From Alkalilimnicola ehrlichii MLHE-1 (lineage in GTDB: Bacteria > Pseudomonadota > Gammaproteobacteria > Nitrococcales > Halorhodospiraceae), in NCBI RefSeq assembly GCF_000014785.1, contig NC_008340.1:1680001-1712000 (forward strand): 32,000 nt of DNA, in the 5' to 3' direction. Position numbers and translations under genes: made by a program. Numbering within the stretch: the stretch's first letter is position 1; every line of letters begins with the position of its first letter. The notes below the pieces were generated by a model. That model did not search any database and was not told the DNA's origin. It saw only the letters and a program-made list of their open reading frames with translations. Shown here one piece after another: positions 20,649 to 29,137 of the stretch.

Positions 20649-20742
20649 CCCGCGGCGATCCAGGGCGGTAAACTGCCACGTCGGCTTCGCCTCCTCGCAG
20701 TGACGGTGGGGGCGCGGCGCCTCCTCGCAGTGACCGGGTGGT

Positions 20743-21480
20743 TCAGGGCTGCTTGCTGCTGTTAGCCGCCGCTTCCAGTACCTGCAGCAGGTTCTCCGGC
20801 GAGGCGTAGCCCTGCTGCATCACCCCCTCGCTGCTGATCATGGTGGGGGTGCCGCGCACCTGCAGCTCCCGGGCCAGGGCCAAGTGATCGGCGATCGGGG
20901 TCTCGCACTCCGCCCCGCTCTCCACCGGTTCGCCCCGTTTCGCCTTGGTCATGGCGGCATGCCGGTCCTCGGCGCACCATACCGCTTCCGACTGCCGATA
21001 GGACTCACTGCCCTCGCCGGCCCGCGGCATGAACAGGTAGCGGATCTCGATGCCCTTGTCGGTGTAGTCGTCGATCTCCTGGTGCATCCGCTGGCAGTAG
21101 GGGCATTCGATGTCCGTAAAGACATTCACCACATAGCGCGTCTCACCATTGGCGGGATAGATCAGCAACTGATCACTGCCCAGCTCCGCGATCCGGGCAG
21201 CCCGCTGCTCTCCGCGGCGCAGCTCGGTGAGTGATTGCCGGCTCTCCAGGTCCACCAGTTCGCCCTGGAAGAGGAACCGGCCGTCACCGGTCATGTACAC
21301 CACGTCACCCGAAACGATGACCTCATAGAGCCCGTCCACCGGTGTCTCGTTGACCGCATCGGCACTCAGTTCCGGGCTCAATCCATGAAGCGCCTCATCG
21401 ATGCGCTCGTGCACGTTGTCGGCCCAGGCCAGCATGGGCAGACTCCAGAGCACCAATAGAACGGGAAGGGTTTTGCTCAT
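20743..21480 (-). CDS. dsbC: Periplasmic thiol:disulfide interchange protein DsbC-like
   Basis: 245 aa. Signal peptide [20 protein letters not shown]. Thioredoxin-fold active site [19 protein letters not shown] lies upstream. It is adjacent to xerD, as in E. coli. Confidence 0.88.
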   Translation of the reverse strand: MSKTLPVLLVLWSLPMLAWADNVHERIDEALHGLSPELSADAVNETPVDGLYEVIVSGDVVYMTGDGRFLFQGELVDLESRQSLTELRRGEQRAARIAELGSDQLLIYPANGETRYVVNVFTDIECPYCQRMHQEIDDYTDKGIEIRYLFMPRAGEGSESYRQSEAVWCAEDRHAAMTKAKRGEPVESGAECETPIADHLALARELQVRGTPTMISSEGVMQQGYASPENLLQVLEAAANSSKQP

Positions 21481-21576
21481 CGTCTTCTGACTCCTTTGGG
21501 TGTGTGATGCCTGTTTGATCAGGGTATTGGGTCCAGGTTCCCGGACCGTGTCCGGTTGCTGATCGGTTGTACCCGG

Positions 21577-22542
21577 CTAGCCCCGGGGGTGGTGCTCGGC
21601 ATGCAGGGTCTGCAGCCGCTGTCGCGCCACATGGGTATAGATCTGGGTGGTGGAGAGATCGCTGTGGCCGAGCAGAAGCTGTACTACCCGCAGGTCGGCG
21701 CCATGGTTCAGCAGATGGGTGGCGAAGGCATGCCGCAGCGTGTGCGGCGAGATGGGGCGCGTGATACCCACCGACCGGGCGTGCTTCTTCACCCGGTACC
21801 AGAACGCCTGCCGGGTCAGCCCCTCACCCCGGCCGGTGACAAAGACCGCGTCGCTCACCCGTCGCCCCAACAGGGCCGGCCGGCCTTCCCGCAACCACTG
21901 TTGCACCTGCTCCAACGCCGTTTCGCCCAGCGGCACCAGCCGCTCGCGCCCCCCCTTGCCCACCACCCGGACCAGCCCCTGGGACAGGGACAGCTCCGAC
22001 AGGCTCAGGCCGACCAACTCCGACACCCGCAGGCCGCTGGCGTAGAGCACCTCCAGCATGCAGCGGTCGCGCTGGCCCAAAGGGGTCTCCGGGTCCGGGG
22101 CGGCGAGCAGGCGCTCGACCTCTGATTCACTCAACCCCCCCGGCAACGGCCGCCCCAGCCGCGGGCTCTCTACGTCCCGTGTCGGATCCTCGGCCACCCG
22201 GCCCTCGCGAAGCTGATAGCGGTAAAACCGGCGGAGGCTGGTGAGCAGGCGGGCGACACTGCGCGGTTTTGCGCCCTGACCCAACCGCCCGCCCAGATAG
22301 GCCAGCACCTGATCGCGCCGGGCACTCAACAGGCTGCCGCCCTGCCCGCCCAGCCAGCGCTGGAAGCCCAACAGGTCGCTGCGATAGGCGGACAGGGTGC
22401 GCTCACCCAGGCCCTGCTCCATCCACAAGGCATCGAGGAAGGCCTCCAGTTCCGCTAATGGCGTCTCAGCGCTGTTCGTCGCTGCTGTCACCGCTTCGGT
22501 CGTCCGAATCGTCGAAGGCCGCGGCCATACGGTTGAACGCAT
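21577..22542 (-). CDS. xerD: Tyrosine site-specific recombinase XerD
   Basis: [29 protein letters not shown] resembles the XerD N-terminus. Catalytic residues appear in [26 protein letters not shown] and [16 protein letters not shown]. The start is uncertain: ATG 22542 has GGAG 7 nt upstream but overlaps the upstream gene by 77 nt, and GTG 22491 is the alternative. Confidence 0.9.
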   Translation of the reverse strand: MRSTVWPRPSTIRTTEAVTAATNSAETPLAELEAFLDALWMEQGLGERTLSAYRSDLLGFQRWLGGQGGSLLSARRDQVLAYLGGRLGQGAKPRSVARLLTSLRRFYRYQLREGRVAEDPTRDVESPRLGRPLPGGLSESEVERLLAAPDPETPLGQRDRCMLEVLYASGLRVSELVGLSLSELSLSQGLVRVVGKGGRERLVPLGETALEQVQQWLREGRPALLGRRVSDAVFVTGRGEGLTRQAFWYRVKKHARSVGITRPISPHTLRHAFATHLLNHGADLRVVQLLLGHSDLSTTQIYTHVARQRLQTLHAEHHPRG

Positions 22543-23263
22543 TCATCATCTCCAGCGGCAGCGGGAAGATGATGGTGGAATTCTGCTCTCCGGCGATATT
22601 GCTCAGCGTCTGCAGATAGCGCAACTGCAACGCCTGCGGGTTACGGGACAGGATGTTGGCCGCCGCGGTGAGCTGCTCCGATGCCTGGCGCTCACCCTCG
22701 GCGTGAATGATCTTGGCGCGCCGGCTACGCTCGGCCTCCGCCTGCTGGGCAATGGCGCGGATCATGCTCTCATCGATGTCCACGTGCTTGATCTCCACGT
22801 TGGAGACCTTGATGCCCCAGGCATCGGTCTGGGAGTCGAGAATGTTCTGGATATCCTCGTTGAGCTTGTCACGTTCCGCCAGCAATTCATCCAACTCGTG
22901 CTGGCCGAGCACTGAGCGCAACGTGGTCTGCGCCAGCTGGCTGGTGGCGGCGAAGTAGTCCTCCACGTTGATCACCGCCCGCTCCGGGTCAACCACCCGG
23001 AAATAGATCACGGCATTCACGCTCACCGACACGTTGTCCTTGGTGATGACGTCCTGGCTCGGCACGTCCATGGTCACCGTGCGCAGGTCGGTCCGCACCA
23101 TCTGTTGGATGATGGGGATGACCAGGATCAGGCCCGGCCCCTTGACCTTATAAAAACGCCCGAGCTGGAAGATCACGCCGCGCTCATACTCGCGCAGCAC
23201 CCGGATCGCCGACGCGATGATCGCGACGATCAGGGCGAGAACGACAATCAGTGTTGTCTCCAT
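22466..23263 (-). CDS. SPFH/band-7 (stomatin-like) membrane protein
   Basis: 265 aa. N-terminal TM helix [16 protein letters not shown], then [30 protein letters not shown]...[28 protein letters not shown] is typical of stomatin/QmcA-like proteins. No NfeD partner gene is adjacent. Confidence 0.9.
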   Translation of the reverse strand: METTLIVVLALIVAIIASAIRVLREYERGVIFQLGRFYKVKGPGLILVIPIIQQMVRTDLRTVTMDVPSQDVITKDNVSVSVNAVIYFRVVDPERAVINVEDYFAATSQLAQTTLRSVLGQHELDELLAERDKLNEDIQNILDSQTDAWGIKVSNVEIKHVDIDESMIRAIAQQAEAERSRRAKIIHAEGERQASEQLTAAANILSRNPQALQLRYLQTLSNIAGEQNSTIIFPLPLEMMNAFNRMAAAFDDSDDRSGDSSDEQR

Positions 23264-23404
23264 GAAGTGCTCCTTATCAGATTAACCCGCTGAGAGTGAC
23301 CGAATCCTTGGAACCGCTGCTCGTTACAGAATAGACCCGTGGTCACGCTGCCATCCAGTACTCGGGAACACAAGCGCGGGACCGGCACGGGTTACAATGC
23401 CGTC

Positions 23405-24487
23405 ATGACAGAGCGAGACCCGATACCAACGCGGCATGCCACCCGCTGGCTGCTGCAATGCCGCCCCGGCTTCGGCGCCGACCTGGCCGCGGAGCTCGCG
23501 GCCTGGAGCAGCGATGCCGGGGTGGCCGGCTGGCCGCGCGTGGAGAACGACCAGGGCCGGGTGGATTTCCACAGTGCGGATGGCCGGCCGCTGCCAACCC
23601 CACCGGCACTCACCTTCGCCCGCCAGGCCTGGCCGGTGGTGGCGGACTGCCCGCAATTGCCGGAACGGGACCGCGTCGGGGCGCTGCTGGAGGCGCTGGC
23701 GCCCCACCTGCCGGAGGCGTTGGCCGGGGTCTGGCTGGAGCATCCGGACACCAACGACGGTAAGGCGTTGGGGCGGTTCTGCCGCAAATTCCGCCCGCAC
23801 CTGGAACGGGCCCTCCGGGAGCGGGGGGTGGCCCTGGAGCGTGCCGGCGCGCCCCGCTTACACCTCTGGTTTGCCGATTCCCGCCAGGTGGTCGCCGGCC
23901 TGGCCCCCGCCGGCAGCGGCCGGCCCTGGCCCATGGGCATACCCCGCCTGCGCCTGCCCCGCGCCGCCCCCAGCCGCTCTGCCCTGAAGCTGGAGGAGGC
24001 CGTCGGTTGGTTACTGACACCGGTGGAGCGTGAGGCTGCACTGCGGCCCGGGATGAGCGCGGTGGACCTGGGTGCCGCGCCGGGCGGCTGGACCTGGGTG
24101 CTCCGCCAGGCCGGTCTTCACGTGACCGCCGTGGACAACGGGCCGCTGGCCGAGTCGCTGCGCGCCGACCGCGCCGTCCGCCACCTGCGTGAGGACGGTT
24201 TTCGCTATCGGCCGCCCCACCGGGTGGACTGGCTCGTCTGCGACATGGTGGAGCAACCCCATCGGGTTGCACGCCTGGTCCGCCACTGGCTTGTCTCCGG
24301 CTGGTGCGGCCGCGCCCTGTTCAACCTCAAGTTGCCCATGAGGCGGCGATGGCAGTGCGTGGCCGAGTGCCGCGCGCTGGTCACCGGCGGCTCCGGCGAA
24401 CTCGGCTGGCGGTCGGCCCAGCTCTACCACGACCGCGAGGAAATCACCGTCCTGGCCTGGCGGCCGGCCGCAGGGTCACGGGGTTAG
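23405..24487 (+). CDS. rlmM: 23S rRNA (cytidine2498-2'-O)-methyltransferase RlmM
   Basis: LLQCRPGFGADLAAEL (N-terminal THUMP-like region), SAM motif AVDLGAAPGGWTWVL, DWLVCDMVEQP, and FNLKLPMRRRW as in YgdE/RlmM. The start is taken at ATG 23405, which has no SD; GTG 23339 is possible. Confidence 0.88.
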   Translation: MTERDPIPTRHATRWLLQCRPGFGADLAAELAAWSSDAGVAGWPRVENDQGRVDFHSADGRPLPTPPALTFARQAWPVVADCPQLPERDRVGALLEALAPHLPEALAGVWLEHPDTNDGKALGRFCRKFRPHLERALRERGVALERAGAPRLHLWFADSRQVVAGLAPAGSGRPWPMGIPRLRLPRAAPSRSALKLEEAVGWLLTPVEREAALRPGMSAVDLGAAPGGWTWVLRQAGLHVTAVDNGPLAESLRADRAVRHLREDGFRYRPPHRVDWLVCDMVEQPHRVARLVRHWLVSGWCGRALFNLKLPMRRRWQCVAECRALVTGGSGELGWRSAQLYHDREEITVLAWRPAAGSRG

Positions 24488-24568
24488 ACGCCGGCCCTCC
24501 CCCACGTTATCATCGGGATATCTCACCGCTTACGAGCGGCGCCCCGCCGCCGGCCAAAGTAGATTGTT

Positions 24569-24988
24569 ATGAACCTTCAGGAACTGCTTGAAACCTTTGA
24601 ACTATTGGATCAATGGGATGAGCGCTACCGGGTACTGATCGACCTGGGGCGCAGCCTCCCGGCGTTTCCAGAGGAGGCCCGCACCGAGGACAACCGGGTG
24701 GAGGGCTGCACCAGTAACGTCTGGTTGATCCACGAGACCACCGACGATGAGCCGCCGCGGCATGTCTTCCGTGCCGACAGCGATGCCTTTATCGTCAAGG
24801 GCCTGATCGCCATCGTGCTGATGGCCTATTCCGGGCGCACCCAGGAGGAGATCCGCGGGACAGACATCCGCGATATCTTCACCCGCCTCGGGTTGGAGCA
24901 GAACCTGAGCCCCAACCGCCGTGACGGTTTCTACGCCATGGTCGAGCGCATCCACGAACTCTCCGGTGCCCAGACCCAATCCGCCTGA
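24569..24988 (+). CDS. sufE: SufE/CsdE-type cysteine desulfuration (sulfur acceptor) protein
   Basis: 139 aa. WDERYRVLIDLGRSLPAFPEEARTEDNRVEGCTSNVWL contains the conserved persulfide Cys in the GC(T/Q)S.VWL motif. Confidence 0.88.
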   Translation: MNLQELLETFELLDQWDERYRVLIDLGRSLPAFPEEARTEDNRVEGCTSNVWLIHETTDDEPPRHVFRADSDAFIVKGLIAIVLMAYSGRTQEEIRGTDIRDIFTRLGLEQNLSPNRRDGFYAMVERIHELSGAQTQSA

Positions 24989-25018
24989 TCGTACGATTCA
25001 ACCCTCAAATAACGGTCA

Positions 25019-25186
25019 ATGAAGACAGGAAAAGAAGACCGCATCAGCGAAATCACCCTCAAGCGGCTCACCCTCGAAGAACTCCAGGCCCTGGCCAAGC
25101 GGGTGGAAGACGAACTGGAGACCCGGGCCTTCGCCGAGAGCATGGAGGCTCAGGTGCGACTGTTCATGCGGCGACGCGACGCCTGA
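25019..25186 (+). CDS. Tentative small ORF (55 aa, charged helical peptide)
   Basis: Not in the ORF track (below its length cut-off). ATG 25019 to TGA 25184-25186 encodes MKTGKEDRISEITLKRLTLEELQALAKRVEDELETRAFAESMEAQVRLFMRRRDA. Third-position GC is high, like real genes, but there is no clear SD. Confidence 0.35.
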   Translation: MKTGKEDRISEITLKRLTLEELQALAKRVEDELETRAFAESMEAQVRLFMRRRDA

Positions 25187-25221
25187 CCGGCGTCGGCCGC
25201 CCCTTCGCCAGGCAGGCCCCC

Positions 25222-26226
25222 ATGCGCCGTCCCGCAGGTTTCACCGCCCTGGCCCTGATACTGGTCTTCCTGCTGGCGGCCTGCAGTGTCCACGGGGCGG
25301 ACCCGAGGGCGCCGGCCGGGCCCGGCAGTGCGCACCTCGAGCCCGGCCATGTCCGCATGGGCGACGGCGAGCCGCTGCGGCTGCGCCGTTTCGGGCCGGA
25401 ACAGGCACCTGACGCGGTGGTCCTGGCACTGCACGGGCTGAACGACCGTGCCGAGGCCTTTGTCAGCCTCGGCGAGACCCTCGCCGACCACGACATTGCG
25501 CTCTACGCCTACGACCAACGCAGCTTCGGCGCCAGCGCCTATCAGGGCCGGTGGCCCGGTGAAGCCACCCTGGTGGAGGACAACCTCGCCATTCTGGCCG
25601 CGCTCAGAGAGCGCTACCCCCATCGCCCCCTCTACCTGGCCGGCGAGAGCATGGGCGCCGCGGTGGCCATCCTGGCCGCCGCCCACGCCCCCGATGCCGC
25701 TGATCGCCTGATCCTGCTCTCCCCGGCCACCTGGGCCCGGCGCACCCAGCCATGGTACCAGCGCCTGGCCCTTTGGCTGGCGGTCCGCCTGATCCCGGAG
25801 CGCACCTTCACCGGCGAGTCCCTCGGTATCCGGCCCACCGACAACGAGGCCGAATTGCGGGCCCTGGGCCGGGACCCGCTGTTCATCAAGGAGACCCGGG
25901 TGGCCACCCTCTACGGGGCCACCAACCTGATGGACCATGCCCTGGAGCGGGCCGCCCAGCTCCAGACCCCCACCCTGCTGCTCTACGGGGCCCACGACGA
26001 AATCATCCCCCCTGAGGCCATCTGCGCGCTGATCCGGCAACTGCCCCCGACGCTGGATTGGCACTTCGCCTGGTACCCCGACGGCTGGCACATGCTCACC
26101 CGGGACCTGAGCGGCGAGCGCGTGCGTACAGACCTCGCCGCCTGGATCCACGACCCCGGCGCCGCCCTGCCCTCAAACGCCCTCCGCCCCGCCGACGAGG
26201 CGGTGCACCGCCTCTGCCCGCGCTGA
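25222..26226 (+). CDS. Lipoprotein alpha/beta hydrolase (lysophospholipase/monoacylglycerol-lipase-like)
   Basis: 334 aa. Lipobox LLAAC (LILVFLLAACSV), oxyanion HGLNDR, nucleophile elbow GESMGAAVA, acid GAHDEIIP, His DGWHML. Confidence 0.85.
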   Translation: MRRPAGFTALALILVFLLAACSVHGADPRAPAGPGSAHLEPGHVRMGDGEPLRLRRFGPEQAPDAVVLALHGLNDRAEAFVSLGETLADHDIALYAYDQRSFGASAYQGRWPGEATLVEDNLAILAALRERYPHRPLYLAGESMGAAVAILAAAHAPDAADRLILLSPATWARRTQPWYQRLALWLAVRLIPERTFTGESLGIRPTDNEAELRALGRDPLFIKETRVATLYGATNLMDHALERAAQLQTPTLLLYGAHDEIIPPEAICALIRQLPPTLDWHFAWYPDGWHMLTRDLSGERVRTDLAAWIHDPGAALPSNALRPADEAVHRLCPR

Positions 26227-26271
26227 TCCTGCGACGTTATGCCGCGGGTCAACTCCGGGGGGTGCGACAAC

Positions 26272-26301
26272 TTGACCCGTACATTCTCATTTTGCTATAT
26301 T
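26272..26301 (+). promoter_or_regulatory. Sigma70-type promoter with extended -10 for the sqr operon
   Basis: TTGACC (26272-26277), 18 nt spacer, TGc-TATATT (TG 26293-26294, hexamer 26296-26301). It sits inside a conspicuously AT-rich patch (26280-26340). The predicted leader to ATG 26496 is about 190 nt. Confidence 0.6.
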
Positions 26302-26495
26302 AGTTAGCGTTCTCAGCTTATTCATTATCAATATAAGGGACGTGGCCGGATGGCGACTCGAACCTTCCCGGTCAGAGCGCTCTTTACGGAGCACTGCACT
26401 ATATTTTCCGGCGGATAGGGATCACTGGCCGGCCATCCTTGGAAAGGACACGCGTCAACCAGATGCAAGAAGCGCCAGAGGGCGCGGAGGAGATA

Positions 26496-27866
26496 ATGAG
26501 CAACCGTAGCATCAAAACAGAACGCGCAATCCATAAAGCGCTTACCGAGGCAGGTCTGTCCCGTCGTGATTTCCTGCGCTACTCCGGTGTCGGCGCCATC
26601 GGCGCCAGCGCCGTTATGGGCACCGGCGCCCTGCTGCACAGCGGCGAGGCCCAGGCGGTCACCACCAATGCCCGCGTGGTCATCGTAGGCGCCGGCGCGG
26701 CCGGTATCTCCTGTGCCAACCGCCTCAACCGCCAGCTCCGGGGCGCCGATATCACCGTCATCGACCGCCGGGAAGACCACCAATACCAACCCGGTCTGAC
26801 CCTGGTGGCCACCGGCGTCTGGGAGCGCGATAAGGTCGTCGACCGCAACGCCAACTTCCTGCCCTCGGGCGTGAACTGGGTCAAGGCCATGGTCAAGGAG
26901 TACGACCCCGACAACAATCGGGTGATCACCGATGACGGTCAGACCATCGAGTATGACTACCTGATGGTGGCCACCGGGCTGCAGGTCAACTACGACGCCT
27001 ACGAAGGCTACAGCCGCGAGCTGATCGGCGACCATGGCATCGGCTGCGTCTATGACAACGCGGATCATGCCGCCCGCACCTGGCGCCAGATCGACCGCTT
27101 TACCCAGAGCGGCGGCAAGGGCCTGTTCATCCGCCCGCCCGGTGCCATCAAGTGCGCCGGCGCGCCGCTGAAGGTCACCATGCTGACCGAGGACCGTCTG
27201 CGCCGCCGCGGCACCCGTGCCAATACCGAAATGCACTATTTCGCGCCGGGCACCGGGATGTTCTCCCAGCCGGATATCGACGAGTTCCTCAAGGGGCACT
27301 TCCCGGAGCGCGATATCAACCTGCACTGGCACCACGTGGTCAAGGGCATCGACCCGGCGGCCCAGGAGGTGGTCTTCGATACCCCCGACGGTGAGCGTAC
27401 GGAGGATTACGACTTCATCCACCTGGTGCCGCCGATGAGCGCGCCCGACAGCCTGCGCAACAGCGCCCTGGCCGCCGGCGAGGACAGCAACTTCACCGGC
27501 TGGCTGGAGGTGGACCGTTACACCATGCAGCACCAGCGCTACGAGAATGTCTTTGGCGCCGGTGACATCAACGGCGTGCCGATCGGCAAGACGGCCGCCA
27601 GCGTCAAGGCGCAGGTGCCGGTCGCCGTGAATAACATGGTGTCCCACATGCAGGGGCGGGAGATGACCGAGTCCTATGACGGCTACACCTCCTGCCCGCT
27701 GATCACCGGTATTGGCAAGGCGATCCTGGTGGAGTTCGATTACAACCTGGACATGGTGCCGTCCTTCCCCTTCATCAGCCCCTACGACGAGCACTGGGTG
27801 CCCTGGGTGATGAAGGACCGCCTGCTGCATGGCGCCTACAACGCCATGATGCGCGGCCGGGTATAA
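26496..27866 (+). CDS. sqr: Type II (SQOR-like) sulfide:quinone oxidoreductase with Tat signal peptide
   Basis: The internal ATG 26496 of ORF 26439..27866 is preceded by GGAGGAG (26486-26492). Twin-arginine motif LSRRDFLRYSG. FAD fold VVIVGAGAAGISCANRL. HQYQPGLTLV. Redox cysteines in AIKCAGAPLKV and YDGYTSCPLITGIGKAILVEFDY match, from memory, the human SQOR motifs IKCAGAP and YTSCPLVTG. Confidence 0.85.
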   Translation: MSNRSIKTERAIHKALTEAGLSRRDFLRYSGVGAIGASAVMGTGALLHSGEAQAVTTNARVVIVGAGAAGISCANRLNRQLRGADITVIDRREDHQYQPGLTLVATGVWERDKVVDRNANFLPSGVNWVKAMVKEYDPDNNRVITDDGQTIEYDYLMVATGLQVNYDAYEGYSRELIGDHGIGCVYDNADHAARTWRQIDRFTQSGGKGLFIRPPGAIKCAGAPLKVTMLTEDRLRRRGTRANTEMHYFAPGTGMFSQPDIDEFLKGHFPERDINLHWHHVVKGIDPAAQEVVFDTPDGERTEDYDFIHLVPPMSAPDSLRNSALAAGEDSNFTGWLEVDRYTMQHQRYENVFGAGDINGVPIGKTAASVKAQVPVAVNNMVSHMQGREMTESYDGYTSCPLITGIGKAILVEFDYNLDMVPSFPFISPYDEHWVPWVMKDRLLHGAYNAMMRGRV

Positions 27867-27902
27867 CGCCGCCCCGGTATCGGACGAATCCAAAGGAGGA
27901 AA

Positions 27903-28298
27903 ATGATCATGGCCTTTTCGTTGATGGGTATTATTACAGTCGTGCTGGAGGTCTTCCGGGGCCTGCTGCCGTTCGTTCTGCTCTGGGTGGTCATCGACCT
28001 GGCGCTGCTTGGCCTGTTTATTGCCCGCAAGTCCTCCCGCAGCGTCAACCTGGCGCTGCCGGTGAAGGCGTCGGTGGGGGTTGGTGTGGTGGTGGCCGTA
28101 GTGGCCTTCATCATGCTGCCCGGCTTCACTGGTGCCAGCTTCGCCAACCTGAGCGGCGCGCTGGACTATCTCTCCCTGATCGGCGGCAGCATCGGCTTTG
28201 GCGTGGCCTTCGGCGTCCTCGCCTTCCCGCCGCTGCTCTACGTCCTTGGCCTGGGCCCCAGCGAGAGCCACGCCGGGAGCACTGCCACCCAGTCCTGA
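27903..28298 (+). CDS. Small integral membrane protein (about 4 TM helices), co-transcribed with sqr
   Basis: 131 aa. AAAGGAGGA lies immediately upstream of ATG 27903. Hydrophobic segments: FSLMGIITVVLEVF, LLPFVLLWVVIDLALLGLFIA, VGVGVVVAVVAFIMLPGF, LSLIGGSIGFGVAFGVLAFPPLLYVL. Confidence 0.75.
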   Translation: MIMAFSLMGIITVVLEVFRGLLPFVLLWVVIDLALLGLFIARKSSRSVNLALPVKASVGVGVVVAVVAFIMLPGFTGASFANLSGALDYLSLIGGSIGFGVAFGVLAFPPLLYVLGLGPSESHAGSTATQS

Positions 28299-28322
28299 CC
28301 GGCCCATCCGCCGGTGACACCA

Positions 28323-28357
28323 AGCCCCGGGGGCCCGCCCCGGGGCTTTTGCGTTTT
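28323..28357 (+). terminator. Rho-independent terminator of the sqr operon
   Basis: 10 bp stem AGCCCCGGGG (28323-28332), loop GCCCG, stem CCCCGGGGCT (28338-28347), followed by TTTTGCGTTTT. Confidence 0.85.
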
Positions 28358-28468
28358 CACAAGGTATGATTCCGGTCAACAAATGGTACGCTGTTAGCGA
28401 GGCCACCCCGTAGTCGGACGGGTGAAATGGGGCCGGCCTCTCACGGTACGGCGAGAAGAGGGCGCCAC

Positions 28469-29137
28469 ATGGAAACGGGTTCCCCAGGCTACCGCGTGGG
28501 GACGGCCGACCCGCTTACCCGGGGCGATCCGGCGGATTGGCTGCAGGCGTTGCGCGACGGCACGCGGGCCGCTCACCAGCGGGTAGAAAGCCACCCCGTA
28601 CTCCTGCCGCTGCAATCGGATCGGCTCACCATGGCGCAGTATCGCCGGGCGCTAGCGGTCTTTCTCGCCTATTTCGCCGCCCTGGAGGCGGTGTTACCCC
28701 CCTGGCTCGAACGCTTCCCGCAAGCGGGCTACCGCTACCTGCCGCGCCACCCCCTGATTCGGCGCGACCTGATGGATATCGGTGCCGTACTGCCAGAGGG
28801 CCATTCGGGCGCCGTTCCCCAGCTGATCTCGCGCAACCACCTGCTGGGCGTGCTCTACGTGCTGGAAGGGGCCACCCAGGGCGGCCGTGTGATCGCGCCC
28901 CGCCTGCAGCGGCGGCTCGGACTCGATGCCCGGCGCGGGGCGCGCTACTTTCATCTCTACCACGCCGGCCAATGGCGCAGCTTCCGGGCGTCGCTCGGCG
29001 GGGCTGCCCCCCGGGGCGGGCTTGAACAGGCACTCGCCGGGGCGCGGTCGACCTTCCATGCCCTTGAGGCGCACCTCGCTGCAGCTAATAGCGAACAGCC
29101 CAAGGAGAGCCTCCATGGCGCCTACCGACCCCTCTGA
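28469..29137 (+). CDS. bphO: Heme oxygenase (biliverdin-producing, BphO-like)
   Basis: ORF 28427..29137. LRDGTRAAHQRVESHP (proximal His helix) and LYVLEGATQGGRVIAP are heme-oxygenase-like. It lies directly upstream of, and overlaps, a bacteriophytochrome gene. The start is ATG 28469 (GAGGG 6 nt upstream) or ATG 28427. Confidence 0.8.
   Translation: METGSPGYRVGTADPLTRGDPADWLQALRDGTRAAHQRVESHPVLLPLQSDRLTMAQYRRALAVFLAYFAALEAVLPPWLERFPQAGYRYLPRHPLIRRDLMDIGAVLPEGHSGAVPQLISRNHLLGVLYVLEGATQGGRVIAPRLQRRLGLDARRGARYFHLYHAGQWRSFRASLGGAAPRGGLEQALAGARSTFHALEAHLAAANSEQPKESLHGAYRPL

Larger units (their letters stand above)
19998..20735. repeat. Array of GC-rich REP/MITE-like hairpin repeat modules in the fdxA/dsbC convergent gap
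   Basis: There are about 10 forward copies of GTCA(T/C)CGCGAG(G/C) (e.g. 20006, 20036, 20098, 20185, 20211, 20241, 20403, 20494). There are about 6 inverted copies of CTCGCAGTGA(C/G)G (e.g. 20307, 20334, 20558, 20695, 20723). GGCCGAAGGCC mini-hairpins also recur. All ORFs here read as repeats (RHREG, VIA) and are spurious. Confidence 0.9.

Noticed and set aside
19864-20679. ORFs spanning the repeat array (19864..20283 +, 20159..20536 +, 20340..20597 +, 20037..20291 -, 20186..20407 -, 20404..20679 -)
   Set aside because: Their sequences are just translated repeat units (RHREG..., SSRGPKA..., PRAFGPRDDGGKAFGP...). They overlap each other in several frames and strands and have no start context.
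19998-20735. CRISPR array interpretation of the repeat region
   Set aside because: The repeats differ in type and orientation (forward and inverted copies). Spacing is irregular and the sequences between them are themselves repeated, so there are no unique spacers. No cas genes are in the window.
26349-26420. tRNA-like fragment on the minus strand in the sqr leader (GGTTCGAGTC T-loop-like string, possible GCCGGA/TCCGGC acceptor pairing)
   Set aside because: The T-stem does not pair (GAAGG versus CGCCA). No D-arm or anticodon arm can be drawn, and the spacing is wrong. At most it is a decayed remnant, so I do not call it a tRNA or pseudogene.
26328-28406. 692 aa minus-strand ORF, the longest of several large antisense ORFs. 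Others are 12829..14496 +, 14984..16177 +, 2791..3981 -, 25150..26151 -, 1579..2586 -, 17488..18078 - and 18178..18921 -.
   Set aside because: Each lies exactly opposite a gene with unmistakable conserved motifs (sqr, alaS, recA, helicase, hydrolase, tex, mutS). Their translations are low-complexity Gly/Ala/Arg/Pro/His-rich strings typical of stop-poor antisense frames in high-GC DNA.
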